A DNA stretch of 64,000 nt from Amoebidium appalachense (Eukaryota > Protista > Ichthyosporea), in NCBI GenBank assembly GCA_963693365.1, contig CAVNZM010000013.1, positions 8,990,940 to 9,054,939 of the forward strand. Reading direction: 5' to 3'. Under the pieces are notes generated by a model. It was given only the letters and a program-made list of their open reading frames with translations. It did not search any database and was not told where the DNA came from. The translations under genes were made by a program, and so were the position numbers. Position 1 is the first letter of the stretch; the number at the start of each line of letters is the position of its first letter. Of the stretch, positions 19,172 to 64,000 are shown in pieces.

Positions 19172-20925
19172 GGCTGCTACGAATGGCTGTGTGTGGTGTA
19201 GGTATATATAGTGAATAGTTATATTAAGTATATATTGAGTTACGTAGTGTAAGAATGATGGCAACATAAAACTTTAGAAGTCGAAGAGTACCTATAAATA
19301 TCGTATGGTTGGTGATTCATATATATGTGGTGTGGAGGCCTACTGGCAGGCTTGCCTGGCCCTACCGTGTCTTCCTTTAACGCTAAGACTACAAAAATAG
19401 CTGTGATACGCAGCTGCATGCTTGTTTCTTTCCATACGAAATAAATGTCTTCAGATAAGAGTCGGAAGCCGCTGAGTCTGCCAAGTCCAGTATCTGGTGT
19501 TACCTGATAACGGCTTATAACACATAAAATAAGGTGCTATTTTGTTGTGCTCGGGTTCAGATCTAAGTATTCTACTACTTTTGTATCAGCTCAGGTGCGT
19601 CAATAGCTCCTTGGTAGGGAAGACCCGAAGTTCCCGATAGTTCAACTGTGAAAACCGTCAGAGGGCGCCAAAACTGAAACTTGCACGTAATAACTAACAG
19701 GTGCTGTTGAACATGACTGCACACGTGTGCTTTGGCATACATGTTATCACCAACCAGACTCTCCCACTATGCAAGCACATATGACCCTAAGGTTTGGAAC
19801 CACGGCAAGCACATCTGCACGTGTGTGGACCTGTTAGCAGGGTGGCACGTGCAGGCAAGTGGGGATAGTTACTGGGCTGGTCGGGCACACAGTGGTTGGG
19901 GCCCAGCAGCACCACCCCTGTTGGGGACAGTGAGGGTGTGCCACGTGGCTGCCACGTGTACACACAGAGGGCAGTCAAGAGGTAGGAATGAGGGTGTGGA
20001 TGTGGGCGCAGGCGGGTAGCTGTCATCTTGCATGCATGATGCTTTGGCTAGCACATAAACACACGTGTGACCTTGTGTACTAGTGTGGAGAACACCATGC
20101 TTTGTATGTTGAGGTGCCACATCCACAAGGTGGTTGTGCATCGTGTGGGCATGTGCAGGATATGCGTACCTGCACTTGCATGTGCATGAGTGCTTTACGG
20201 GCTGCACCTATGCACACTCTCATGCCTAAATTGCCACGGCCTCCCAAGCATGTGAGTGGCATAGTGAGGCCTGTTGTTAGTTTGTAGATGAGCATGTGCG
20301 AGGGTCTTGTGGGCGACATTCACTCAGTATCTGCGTGAGCTGCTACCAACAGCACATGACTGAGCGTGTATACTAAGGGGTACACACGACACGGGATGCC
20401 CACACCCACAGTACTAGTGCACACACATGGAAAACAGAGCACACTTATGCACACACATGACGATCGGGACACAGCAGACATATGCATCACGCGAGAAAAC
20501 ATTCGAAAACAATTTACAGGCACATCACAGAAATGCAAACCCTCGCGGGGCGCTAGTTTTTCTGAGAAGAGTAAGGAGAGGAGGGTAGGGGCGTTAGGAT
20601 GGAAGGGAGGTATGAAAAGGTTGTGTGCCTGCCCCTCAGCCTCATATTCGTATGATTATGGAACTGTTTTTCTTTTGCACGTGTTTGTCCATATCATTCT
20701 TTTCTGTCTTCTTCTTCACCCCCCTTTCCTCCCCCCCCCCCCCCTCCCCCCCCCTCCCCCCTTCCCCCCCCCCCCTCCTCCCAACCCCCCTCCCCCCTCC
20801 CCCTCCTCCCTCCCTCCCCACCCCCCTCCTCCCCTCCCTCCCTCCCTCCCTCCCTCCCTCCCGCATAAAGTTTCTTTTTGCCTAACTTTCTTTAAAAAGG
20901 ATGAAGTTGGTGGTGGTGTCTCTTT

Positions 20926-20969
<44 letters not shown>

Positions 20970-21810
20970 AGGGGAAAGGAAAGAGAAGGGGCCGGGGGTG
21001 GCGAGATGGGGGAGGGGGGGGGGGGGGGGGGAGAATTCGGTGCCAGCCCTTTCTATACCATTGCTTCCTTTAACTGCTTTTATTTGTATCAGCAAATTTC
21101 TTTGGGCCTGAAACAGGGAGGTGTGTAATGTTTAAATGTTGAAGTGCAGAAAAAGGAAGAGGGTGGGATAAGTTTGAGGGTAGACAGGATTGGGGGGGAG
21201 GTGAGGGGGGGGGGAGGGGGAGGGGGGGGGGGGGGGGGAATAGGTGGTGGTGGTGGTGGTGGTGAACGGTTGGGGAGGGGAGGTAGGTTCGATAATAAAG
21301 CACAAAGACACCTGAAGAGAGATGCTGGGAGGAATCGTATATGTCCTTTTTCTTTGTAGTTGTGTGTCTGGTGGTGGTGGTGGTGGCTGGGGGGAAGGGA
21401 AATTTTTCCAGAGAATACACGGGCCATTCAACACACACACACATGTGGAGGCTGGACAGTTGGAGATGTGTGTGTGTGTGTGCATGTAAACACGCGTCTG
21501 TGCGTGTGCGTGTCTGCATACATGTGTGAAACGTGGAGAAAGGAGTAGGCTTTTTTTTTCTTTTCCTCTGCCACGATGTATGTGTGTGCGCGCGTGTGTG
21601 TGCGTGTGCTGTGTGTATGTGGGGGTTTTTTTTTTTTTTTTGGGAAGAGGGGGGGGGGGGGGGGGGGGGGGGAGGGAGGGAGGGGCGGGGGGCATTGATA
21701 TGAGAAAGGGCACCAGCTGGTTCTAACAAAAAATTTCGTTCACACAGACACTGTTCATGGCAACGAACACCAGGAGCCAACCGCAAGCAGTCATTTATAG
21801 CCATATATAG

Positions 21811-25847
<4,037 letters not shown>

Positions 25848-26478
25848 CTGGATGCCTGGGGGGACTGGAGGCCAGAGCAACAAAAATGGCGAAATTTAAA
25901 AGGGTGTGGGGGACCAATCGGATGCAGGCACGTGGGGCATGCATGATGGCCAGTACTGGTTCAGAGCGTTAAAGATGGTCACGTTTAGGCCGAATGATAG
26001 GCACTTTCGAGTGGTGCGCATCTCGCCAATCACAAATTGCAGATCGCTTTCGGTTCTGACCCAACCCGGATCCCTAAATAGAAACCCCGTTTAAATGAAA
26101 ATTATATCACCCAGTAGAAATACACGTAGCTGCTGTTGTTCGGTGAACCAGGTCTAGCTAGAAGGCTTGCGGAAATAAGAGCTCTGTATTCCTCCCTATC
26201 AGTTCGTCGGGTAGATAACAGGTAATAGGCAAGTTGGTATCCCGTATTATAGACCGTGAATACCTACACCAGATACGGAGATAGTATTCCGAGGAAGGCG
26301 ATTACAAATGCCCCGTACAAGTATAAGTGAATGTGGAAGAATATCAGAAACACTAGGTCTTTATTTGCCATGATTACTGGTGGGACGGCTGGCAGTCATG
26401 CGCAGTGCCACATGTGCATGACTCAACTAGCAAATCGGTAAAGGCTCCAGTTATATTTATGCATTCAAAATGTCCCGG

Positions 26479-26512
<34 letters not shown>

Positions 26513-27436
26513 TTTTTTCCCGGCGTGCAACCACCTGCATCTTTCAAAAAATCTTCATGCAACACGTTACCGATATATATGCAAGGGTGATACTGCTAGT
26601 ATTTGAGCATTACCAAAACACCAGAAAAATAGAATACATATATATACGTATACTCCCATTGATCATGAGAATCGGCTGGATACACCAGATAGATATTCTG
26701 ATCATGATTTCTTATTCGTATGATGAACCACAGTAGTACTATTTTAGCATGCATTATTACTCGCAATTAGAATTCCAAATCACAAGTGCTGCACACAGGC
26801 AACGGGTTTTTGGAGTGAAGAGTGTAGTCCTCATGCTGACGGGGCCAGTCCTGCACGGTGCCGCGTTATCTCTTTGAAAATTGGGGGAGAATTATACTTT
26901 GGATAATATTAGCCTCGATGGGTGCTCAAGGGGATCAGCTCGCACGTATCTGCTTACCGAGCAGGGCAAAACAATCTAGAATGATTCAGAGAAATCGAAA
27001 CCGTTCTTTTAAATTTAGCGGAACATCATATTTATTTATGCACGGAACGTGCTACATATTCGCCTGATACATATGAAAGTATGGGATGAGCCGAGCTGTT
27101 ATTGTTTTGCCCGTTTTCTGTTCACAAAAACTGCTCCAAGGGGAGCTCCATGGGATTTGGAATTCGATTCGAATAGATCTGCAGTGATTGCGAATTGGCG
27201 CACCCAGCTTCTCATCAGTACAAAAGCTTGTGCAGTAAAATATAGCTATTGGAAATGGAAAATAACATCAAGTACTCATATATATATATGTGTGTGTGTA
27301 TATATAGCAATGTAATATGCTCGTGTCATTGTTTATTTCTGTTGAGGACTTGTAGTAGCATCAACAATTAACATGGTTCTAGGTATAGGGAGATTGTCTT
27401 ACAGCTTCATCATGTGACTCATGTCGACAGGGTTGA

Positions 27437-27527
27437 CCAATCAGCAACACTTGTTCTAAGAATAGAACGATATTAGCCAAATATGGTTCAAAGATGCTCC
27501 AAAGCCATTCAATACGTAGCCAATCAG
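27437..27527 (+). promoter_or_regulatory. Two candidate CCAAT boxes upstream of the EDR2-like gene
   Basis: RCCAATCAG at 27436-27444 and 27519-27527. A similar AGCCAATCAG at 17372-17381 lies ~190 bp upstream of the RDD start. Motif match only. Confidence 0.35.
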
Positions 27528-27940
27528 AATGGCATATGGCACAATGGAGGAGGGTAAAGCATTTTTGCCCAGCGTCCTGAGCCAGCTGTTCCTGGAGCTG
27601 CCGGCGAGCATGGCACGCACTGCAGTGCCAGAGTGGCCTTCAAAACGTAGTAGCTCCGAGCTTGCAAAAGTGGCATAGGGGGGAATACTGAAGGGCCCAT
27701 AGCAGCGTAGGCGCATATCCACGCGGCAGGCTGCAGCTACCTTTTGCTTTCAGGCATACACTAGCGTGCACCTAGCCACCCACACCGACTATACAGGCCC
27801 GTAGGAGGGCCGCAGGGCAGTAGAGAGTTTCCATCTTCGTGTGGACTAGAGGCTCAAGAACTTGGGAAACCATTGACGTGCACGTGCACCGCCACATAGA
27901 TGCCATAATACCCGTACACCCTTTTTGGGCGGGGGGCAGT

Positions 27941-38990
<11,050 letters not shown>

Positions 38991-39208
38991 GTGGGGGGTA
39001 AAGGGGGTGATGAAGGGGGGGAGGAGGGGGGGGGGGGGGGGGGGAAGGGAGGGGGAGGGGGGACCGGGGGGAGGGGGGGGGGGGGGGGGGGCACAGACTG
39101 CTACGAAGCAGATCACACAGGCCCACGTACATACACAGAGAGACACACAGAAATATACACACACGTACATTCGCGCACACGCACACATACACGTGCACAC
39201 CCCCACAC

Positions 39209-39240
<32 letters not shown>

Positions 39241-39251
39241 CCACACACCCA

Positions 39252-39290
<39 letters not shown>

Positions 39291-40173
39291 ACTCACACTC
39301 ACACACTCACATAGTCACTCATAGTCACACTCAGACTCGCACTCACACTCACACTCACACTCTCACTCACTCACTCACTCACTCACAAGCGTGTATGCAC
39401 ACGCACACAAGAAAATGCACAAACGCACACACGCACACACACACAAACATGTATAAAAGTTGTTTGCAGGCCAATTAAATAACATGCACTTAAATAACAT
39501 GCACGTATTTTTTTGACGTCAATGAACTATGCAACGTCCTTTGCTATTAGTTTCCACGCTTAGTCTTAAGTGTCTAATATGCCCGTATGGGCTGTTTAGT
39601 GGGCAGACGTCTAGATTTGTGGCTGGGACTGCTGATAGTGTGGCACCAATAGCAGTTAATGCACGTAATTAGAAGGCCAATGTGATATCCCAGATACTTA
39701 GGCCCAAACAGAATTGCGGGCAGATGTTCGGCCTTTAACAATAGTCCAGCACGGCACCTTGCCTGCGGATGCATGCAGCTGCGCTGCATTTTAATGCTGT
39801 CAGCCCATTGTAGGATATACTTGTGTTAAACAACGAATAAAATTGTATAAACGATGGCACGGTGCACTAACGTTGCTTATGTGTACATGAACTGCATCTT
39901 GGGGGCCCTGGAGTCACCCCCTTCGGTGGGGGCAGCATGAGATGCGGCATGTCAAGGCAGTGGGTATGCCTGTCCTGCCCAGGGTAGACTCAAGCTTGGT
40001 AGGCCCGGAGTGGAGATGCATGGCCCAGCACTGCATGAGATATATGAGAGGGGCATCGTGTCATTGCAGTGGCAGGCAAACCTCTGGCTAGGCCCAGGTC
40101 GAAACAGTGCTGGCCTAAAGGCACAACAAAATCCATACAACCAGCTATGCGCGCGAGATGCAGATAACATTGT

Positions 40174-40229
<56 letters not shown>

Positions 40230-40818
40230 AAGGCCTTGTGGGGGATTAAAATGTTTTTTTTTTTTTTTTTTTTTTTTGGGGGGGGGGGGGGGGGGGAGGG
40301 AGGGGGGAGCAGCACGGTACGTATATTTAGACTAGGTTATCTATAATAATTAAACCTCTCACCTTTGTCTTTGTTTCATTTTAGTTTGTTTTTAAATGTG
40401 ACGAGTACGTACGTTCTAACGTTCAGCAGCCCCCCCCCCCCCCCCCCCCCCCCCCCCCCACACACACACACCACACACACATGTACACACACACACGTCT
40501 ACACGTGCACACACAACATGTACGTGTACAAACGATTATAAATACGGCCGCGGCCACAATCATTCATGATGTCCTTAAAAGCCTCATGCGCACATGATAC
40601 GCATGCGTGCACATTGGCCACTAGTGTGTGGACGCTACTTAGGGCTGACAGTACATATGCATGCACATTGGCCACTAGTGTGTGGTCACTACTTAGGGCT
40701 GACAGTACATATGCATGCACGATGTACGTCACGATGGTGGTGCACGTGGGGTGGCAGCTGTGCAAGGCTTGCAAAACAGAAATCCGGCCCGGACCCCTCT
40801 TCTTCCCCCGGCTCCCCC

Positions 40819-40862
<44 letters not shown>

Positions 40863-41043
40863 TAGGCCTCCGCTCCCCCTCCCGACATGGGGATAGGGTT
40901 GCTCATTACTAAGGGCTGGGATACACATGCATGTGCTTAAGAGCAAGAGCACAAAGCAAAGGGCATCCAGATGAGCGTTGCACTACTGGCATTGTAAGCG
41001 TTGCACTACCGGCAGGGCCTTTGAAATGCGTCCCAAGTATCAC

Positions 41044-41162
41044 GGGGTTTACACTGTTTACTCGAGGCAAAGCCAGACCCCGGTCTCAGGTATGGGGGGT
41101 TTTTGCTCGGAATATCCCCTCAGCGGTATATCATGATCACGTACATAGATGTCGGGTGATGA
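41044..41162 (+). repeat. Dispersed ~120-bp repeat, copy 1
   Basis: Near-identical to 61404-61521 (…gtctcaggtatggggggttttgctcggaatatcccctcagcggtatatcatgatcacgtacatagatgtcgggtgatga). Confidence 0.9.
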
Positions 41163-41210
41163 CTATAGGCTATACCAGGGTTTACTTTCTCTACGAGACA
41201 CCATAAAGAC

Positions 41211-41521
41211 TAAGAAAAATTTTCTTTTGACTGGATTTATTCGACGGAAAGATATGCAAGCATGCACGGCATACTGAGAAGACAATAAAAACTTCACGAG
41301 TTATCCAGTAACAAGTGCATACTGAGAAACCTGAACACTGTGTGAAAATCATATAAAGATATGTAAGAATTTTTTTTTTTCTTTTGACTGGATTTATTCA
41401 ACGGAAAGATATGCAAGTATGCACGGCATACGGAGAAGACAATAAAAAACTTCACGAGTTATCCAGTTACAAGTGCATACTGAGATACCTGAACACTGTT
41501 CAACGGAAAGATATGCAAGTA
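41211..41521. repeat. ~155-bp intergenic tandem duplication plus a partial third copy
   Basis: cttttgactggatttattc…aagatatgcaag…acttcacgagttatccagt…cctgaacactg occurs at ~41224 and ~41381. Confidence 0.9.
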
Positions 41522-41870
41522 AAAATCATTTAGTTGGGGTTCCCCGTTTTTTTTTTTTAAAGCCACCGTGACGTCAGCAGGTAGCCATCTTGTGTGCTGG
41601 TTGGACTAATCTTTCGTGGCTGGGTCTACGCCTTCAGACCTGCCAGCCATCACTTGTTCATGATCACCGCCGCTCGGACTGGGTGACTGACAACCACCGC
41701 GCAGCTGCAGGGAAACCACACACAGAGGGGCACTTATGTAGGGTACGCGCTGTTCATCCACGCACACGCACACGCACACGCACACGCACACGCAGCAGGC
41801 ACGAGGTGCACGTGCAGACACATGCAGGGGCTGGCTGCGTGAGCCCCCTGCTGTCGTGGGGGCTGGCGCC

Positions 41871-58160
<16,290 letters not shown>

Positions 58161-58247
58161 TTTACTATGAAGCATGGACCCCCCGGCCTTGTTCTTTTTA
58201 TTTATATTAATTTATTATTATTATTTTTTTCTTTTTTTCTCTTTTTT

Positions 58248-58281
<34 letters not shown>

Positions 58282-58665
58282 TGAGCGCGAATGGTAGTGG
58301 TTGGGGTGGGCTGATGTCCTTGGCTCTCGTGTGCACCCTGTGAGTGCAAGGGCTTTGGTTCCCCCTAAAGTGAGAGTGTCGATTGTGGCTGTTTGCACTG
58401 GAATATTTAGGTGGTTTCTTCCCCCTTCTTTTCTTTTTTGAAGGTGTGGCGGATTGGATGTTATTTTGGATTTTGGAGGATGGTTAGTGTTGTTAAAGGG
58501 ATGTATATTTAGGAATCAAGATCTCTTGGTCAATGCTTCGAGACGGTGAATCCCTTCTTTGATATATGCGTGCACCACTCAACACTTAGGAGACACGCAC
58601 ATGACGAACACATGGGCACGAACTAATACGCACATAGATACGGAGGTTCTAACACACGTGACACA

Positions 58666-58835
<170 letters not shown>

Positions 58836-59215
58836 AACACGTCTATAGTAATTTGCGTAATGTAACCCATCTCTCCCGTAGTCACCCACGTGACACTATA
58901 TATTTCGAATGTAAAGCTACTGGTGAGTGCTAAGTATGCCTGTCACATGCGTGACCATTAAATTTGCATCCCTGCTGGCCGTGGAAGTCTGAGGCATGGG
59001 TCGGCACGGGGGGCCCAGAGCAGCAAAATCTCGCAATCGATATCATCAAACCCCCCCCCCCCCCCCCCCCCCCCCCCTCCCGGGCTCTCCCCCTCGCCCC
59101 TCCTCCCCTGCCCCCCTCCCCCCCTTCTCATGGATTTCCGAAGCATATATGGCCACGCATGCGCACACTCCTTCTATTCTTCCCACGACCATCTGAATGG
59201 TCATCATCCCCCTCC

Positions 59216-59250
<35 letters not shown>

Positions 59251-60153
59251 ACACACACACACATATGCATGTACACACACACACCTGTGACGTGCACCCC
59301 GCTCACTTCACATGTACCCCCACCCCATCCCGGCCCTACTCCCCCGGGCCCGACAGTGCAGCATGCATGTATGACCATGATTGTAAATGCTGCCTGTTGC
59401 AGAATGGTTTCGCTCGATCAGCAGAAAAATCATGAAATAGCATCATGTTGCGCAAAAATGTTGCGCATGCAGAAAAGAATATTTCTTCTCAATTGCAAGG
59501 CAAAATAAATTTGGCATATCTCCAGGTTGGTTATTGCAAAACAAACAAGGTTATTGCAAAACAATTTTTCTTCCCAGTTTTTTGTTGATTGAAAATTTGT
59601 TGCAAAATATACCTTGCACATGCCCAATGCAAGCCGCTTTCAAAAAGGTATTTTTCTAATGAAATTCTGGTAACCGTTGCAGCAATTATCTAGAGGCACA
59701 ACTTGCAGGCTGAGCATATTCTACGTGGCCGTGGATAATTCTTCAGTACACTAATTGCACGTAAAACCCCCACGTGCACACCAACCCCCTTGGGTGCCCT
59801 GAATCAGGCAAGGCAGACCGAATCAACATGTACTTACGGAGCTTGAGCATGAACGAACATGTGTTGGGTCATTAACTACTTCTCTTGCTGAATATATTTT
59901 CTCTTTTCTATCCAGCCGATCGATTCTTTTCAAATACCGGAAATTTGTAAAGCCTTGCTGGCCATGGTTCTGGTTGAGCCCTTGAATTCGAGGAGGAAGA
60001 GGGGGCCCCGAAGAGGGGGGGGGGGGGGAGGGACATGTGAAGCCATATGGAGAGGGAGAGAGAGAGAGAGAGGGGGGGGGGGGGGGAGGGGGGGGGGGAG
60101 GGGGGGAGAGAGAGAGAGAGAGAAAGAAAGAGAGAGTCTCAGAGAGGGCCTCG

Positions 60154-60214
<61 letters not shown>

Positions 60215-61403
60215 AGGGAGAGAGAGAGAGGGGGGGCCGAGGGGGGGGGGGGGGGGGGGGGGAGAGGGGGGGGGGAGGGGGCGGGCGGGTGGGGGGAAGG
60301 GGGGGGGGGGCCGGGGGGGAAGGGTGGGGTGGGGGGGGTGGGGTTGGGGGAGGGGGGGGGGGGGGGGGGGGGAAGGAGACATGGTACTAGTATCGTATGC
60401 ATGTCACTGAGACCTTAAAGCCTTGCACGGGTGCAAGAGCACACAAAAAATCCCTTGCACGGGTGCAAGAGTACACAAAAAATCAATGGTAGCAGTGTCA
60501 TGCATATTATGCACCCACGGCTGGGCTGTGCACGTGCATGCTCACTCACACCAGCACCTATCATAGTATAGCTAGCGGCAGGTAAAGGAAGGGTTCACGG
60601 GCGGTGATGGGTAGGCAGACTGCTGGTGGCCATGGCAGGACTGGCCACGGCCACCATGGCACAGTCAGCACATGCAAGGCCCACTTGCATACATTGACTA
60701 AGGCGGGCACGCAACAGGGTTAGCGATAGCATGCACGTGTGTGCCTCTGTGGTGTACACGTTTAGTGTGGTTCGTTCACGTGGCTTGCCATCGTGGTCAC
60801 CAGCCACCATGCAGCAGCGGGACAGGCATCAGCCCGATGACGTCATACTGCATAGGCTGTACCAGTGCCTACTGCCAATTTGGTGCAAAGGTGCAAGGCG
60901 AAAAAGTGAGAGGTGGAGATCTTGGTGGAGAGAGTCATTCCCAGCCTCGGTCGGAGGCTGGGTTTTAGGAGATAGAAAGGGGTATGACTGAGCTGTTTGC
61001 CGGCAATCAGCTAGCAGAATAGATGGTGGGGACCTCCAATCAGGTGCGTTAATCTAGTCGGATCTAGGAGAGTGGCGTTCCTTTTTGGACCTTTTGGCAA
61101 TACATAAAAACCTTGAAAGAAAAGCAAAGCCTTACCGGGCTAAAGTGTTTGGTGACATTAACCAAAAACGGCATTGTATAATTGGTGCATTGTAAGTTAG
61201 ACCACCTGTAGACAATTCTAGATTGCTGATTAGCTATCGGGATTTTAATTGAATTAAATCATAGAAAACGCAGGCGCATGGATCTATAAAACTGTGATCG
61301 TCTGCCAATCACCTATTGTACCGAGATCTGGCCAGATCGATGTATTCCGCATCGTGACACTATTGCACGAGATCGCCATCGATCGAAGATACCATATAGT
61401 TCT

Positions 61404-61521
61404 GGGGGTTTACGCTGTTTATTCGAGGCAAAGAGAGACCAGTCTCAGGTATGGGGGGTTTTTGCTCGGAATATCCCCTCAGCGGTATATCATGATCACG
61501 TACATAGATGTCGGGTGATGA
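61404..61521 (+). repeat. Dispersed ~120-bp repeat, copy 2
   Basis: Near-identical to 41044-41162, in the same orientation and 20 kb away. Confidence 0.9.
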
Positions 61522-62139
61522 GGCGAGCGAAGCGAGAGCCGCGCCGGGGCGAACGCGCAAGCGAGGCTCGGCAGTGAGCCCGGACGACCGAGGCTGGGCC
61601 CACGGCGAAATGGCGTAGCCATTGAGCCCATTTATGATCAGGGCGAAACTCTAGCGAAAGAAGACCAAAAGCACTTGCACAATAGCGAAAGAAGACCAAA
61701 AGCACTTGCACAAAACGAGTTGTGTGTAGGCAAGTCTTACATCAGATACCCTTCCTTGTGCCATTGTGAAGGCTACACGTGAATAAGAGGTATCAGCGCA
61801 CTAACCAACTAATTAGAGGCAAAGGGTTACCACGCCGCAGCAAAGCCTAGTTGGTTGATAGCCCCTCTGCGGGTCAAGTAAACATAGGCCATAGACACGT
61901 AGATTACACGCACACAGAAAGCACGCACATACACGCGCAACTTCGGCGGCCGGCAAACACACAGGGTATGCTATAAAAATACACACAGTACGCAGGCAGC
62001 ACACGCACAGGGTTCACAGTTACGAAATACACACACGGCACACACAGGCCACGGGCAGGCTACCCACACGGACCCCACACACCAGGAGGCTGCCCTCCTC
62101 GCCTTCACGCACCATGGCCAGGTGACCACACCCTCCACC

Positions 62140-62377
62140 ATGACTCGCCCGCCAGACACGCACACATTCCCACGCTCGGCCCCGCGCACACCCCCGGCTG
62201 CACTGCTCAGTGAGCCGGGTGGGGCGGGGGGTTTGGGCAGGAGTGCACGTGCGTCCGTGCGGTCGAGCGAGGGGCCGTGGACGGGGGGGGTGGACGTGAC
62301 GGGGCTGGTAGACTTCCACTACGACTCGGACCCGCACGCACTCGAGCTGAGAGACTACAACGCCCCCAGCCAGCCAG
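62140..62377 (+). CDS. Probable first coding exon of a gene continuing beyond the window; function unknown
   Basis: GC-rich, non-repetitive ORF from ATG 62140 (…GVDVTGLVDFHYDSDPHALELRDYNAPSQP) ends at a good donor CAG|GTGAGA. It is followed by intron-like CA/poly-C sequence. No domain recognised. Confidence 0.45.
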
Positions 62378-62534
62378 GTGAGAGCACTGGCACGTAGAGT
62401 GCACGCACAAGGAAGTAGCAGCACTGCAATCTAGCCGTGTGCCCAGAGTTGCATGTGGGCACAGCAGGCACACGGACACACTAGCAACACAACTATATAT
62501 GACCATATAGTGCACACCTCCAGTACGAGCACAA

Positions 62535-62619
<85 letters not shown>

Positions 62620-63563
62620 CAAGACAGTATGGCTTTGCGTTTGCACACAAACTCTCGCATGTGTGCAGACACACATACAGAAGCACAAGCACGCACACCT
62701 GAACACACACGGATCTGACGTTGTTTGAGATCTACGCATGTCCCACAACGGTACTTCATGACTTGCACACGTGCAAGTATGAGTGGCTGCACGCACACGT
62801 AAGCAAGCACACACGCACGTGAATACGTGTACGGTTACAGACCCCCCCTCCCCCTCCTCCCTACAGACACACAAAAGGAACATATGGCTAGACACGGGCA
62901 AGCATGCACCTGCACACACCCACCCACAAGCGCCACAAACACATGTATACATATTAGACACGCATAACATACACAAGAGAACACGCCCTACATTCATGAA
63001 TCATTCACAGATGTGCACACGCACATATACTGCGGACAGTCCACACACATGAGCACATTCGTAACACAGCCGTGGCCATAGCTACACAGGCACACCCACA
63101 CCCCATATACTACGCATGTCTATGTCTCCGTATGTGGATAACACATGTACAAACACGCACACATGTACAAGTACACACCGGTGCACACCTGTGCCTGTGT
63201 GCATGCAAACACGCATCACCACCCACCCACCTCCCACCCACCTACCCACCCATCCCACACACCCACACACCTCTGAAGGCACCCGTCTTGCACATACCCC
63301 ATGCACATGCGCGCAGGTGCGCGCACACTCCCTCGCACACACTCATACACAATTACACACACACACGCACAGACAGACATGCACACACTCTGCAAACACA
63401 CACGTATCGACACACGAACTGGGCGCACGCACGTGCACGAGCATACACTCACACCTGCACACACACAGACAACACACTCACAGGCAGAGCCCCGAGCCCC
63501 CTCCCCCCCCCCCCCCCCCCCCCTCCCCCCCCCCCCCCCCCCCCCCCCCCCCTTTTTTTTTTT

Positions 63564-63602
<39 letters not shown>

Positions 63603-63761
63603 AGGGGGGGGGGGGGGGGGGGGGGGAGGGGAGGGGACTGAAAAAAGGAGGAGGGGGGAGGGGGAGAGGGGGGGGGGGAGGGGAGTTAAGGGAGGGGGGC
63701 ACAACACCTGTATACATGCACACGTGTACACTTAACCCACACAGGCACGTGCTCTACACGT

Positions 63762-63866
<105 letters not shown>

Positions 63867-64000
63867 CACACACACACACACACACACAAACACTAAATAA
63901 GACCTGCGCGCACACATGCGTGAGCATGCACACACAAACACAAAACACATACGCTTCTTGGTGGTGGGCACTAATGAAGCCATGTAGTGCCTCCCCACCC

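Noticed and set aside
41100-41170. C/D-box snoRNA suggested by GTGATGA
   Set aside because: The C-box-like motif sits at the 3' end of the conserved block with no shared downstream D box or terminal stem. Kept only as an unexplained repeat.

Overview
Eukaryotic nuclear DNA with canonical GT-AG spliceosomal introns and the standard genetic code. It is extremely rich in (CA)n/(GT)n, (GA)n and long poly-C/poly-G tracts, so most entries in the supplied ORF track are repeat artefacts. Manual splicing supports seven genes plus a probable first exon of an eighth. These are two tandem intronless GT31-like + GT25-like glycosyltransferase paralogues (the first frameshifted and missing its N-terminal catalytic motifs), a 7-exon minus-strand RDD membrane protein, an intronless YccF protein, a RAP-domain protein, a 9-exon PH-START-EDR2_C protein and a ~24-exon PAS/HisKA/HATPase/REC hybrid histidine kinase. 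The gene set suggests a non-animal eukaryote, probably a protist, but I cannot name the organism. The most unusual signals are in the introns. Several carry private tandem arrays built from copies of their own splice junctions. Many 3' splice sites are just (CA)n-G or C(n)-AG. A dispersed repeat family ends in poly-C, and one copy supplies an acceptor tract. There are also two long hairpins and a TIR/TSD-bounded insertion. I found no tRNA, rRNA, CRISPR array or autonomous transposon ORF. All gene models and domain calls come from reading motifs by eye, without database searches.
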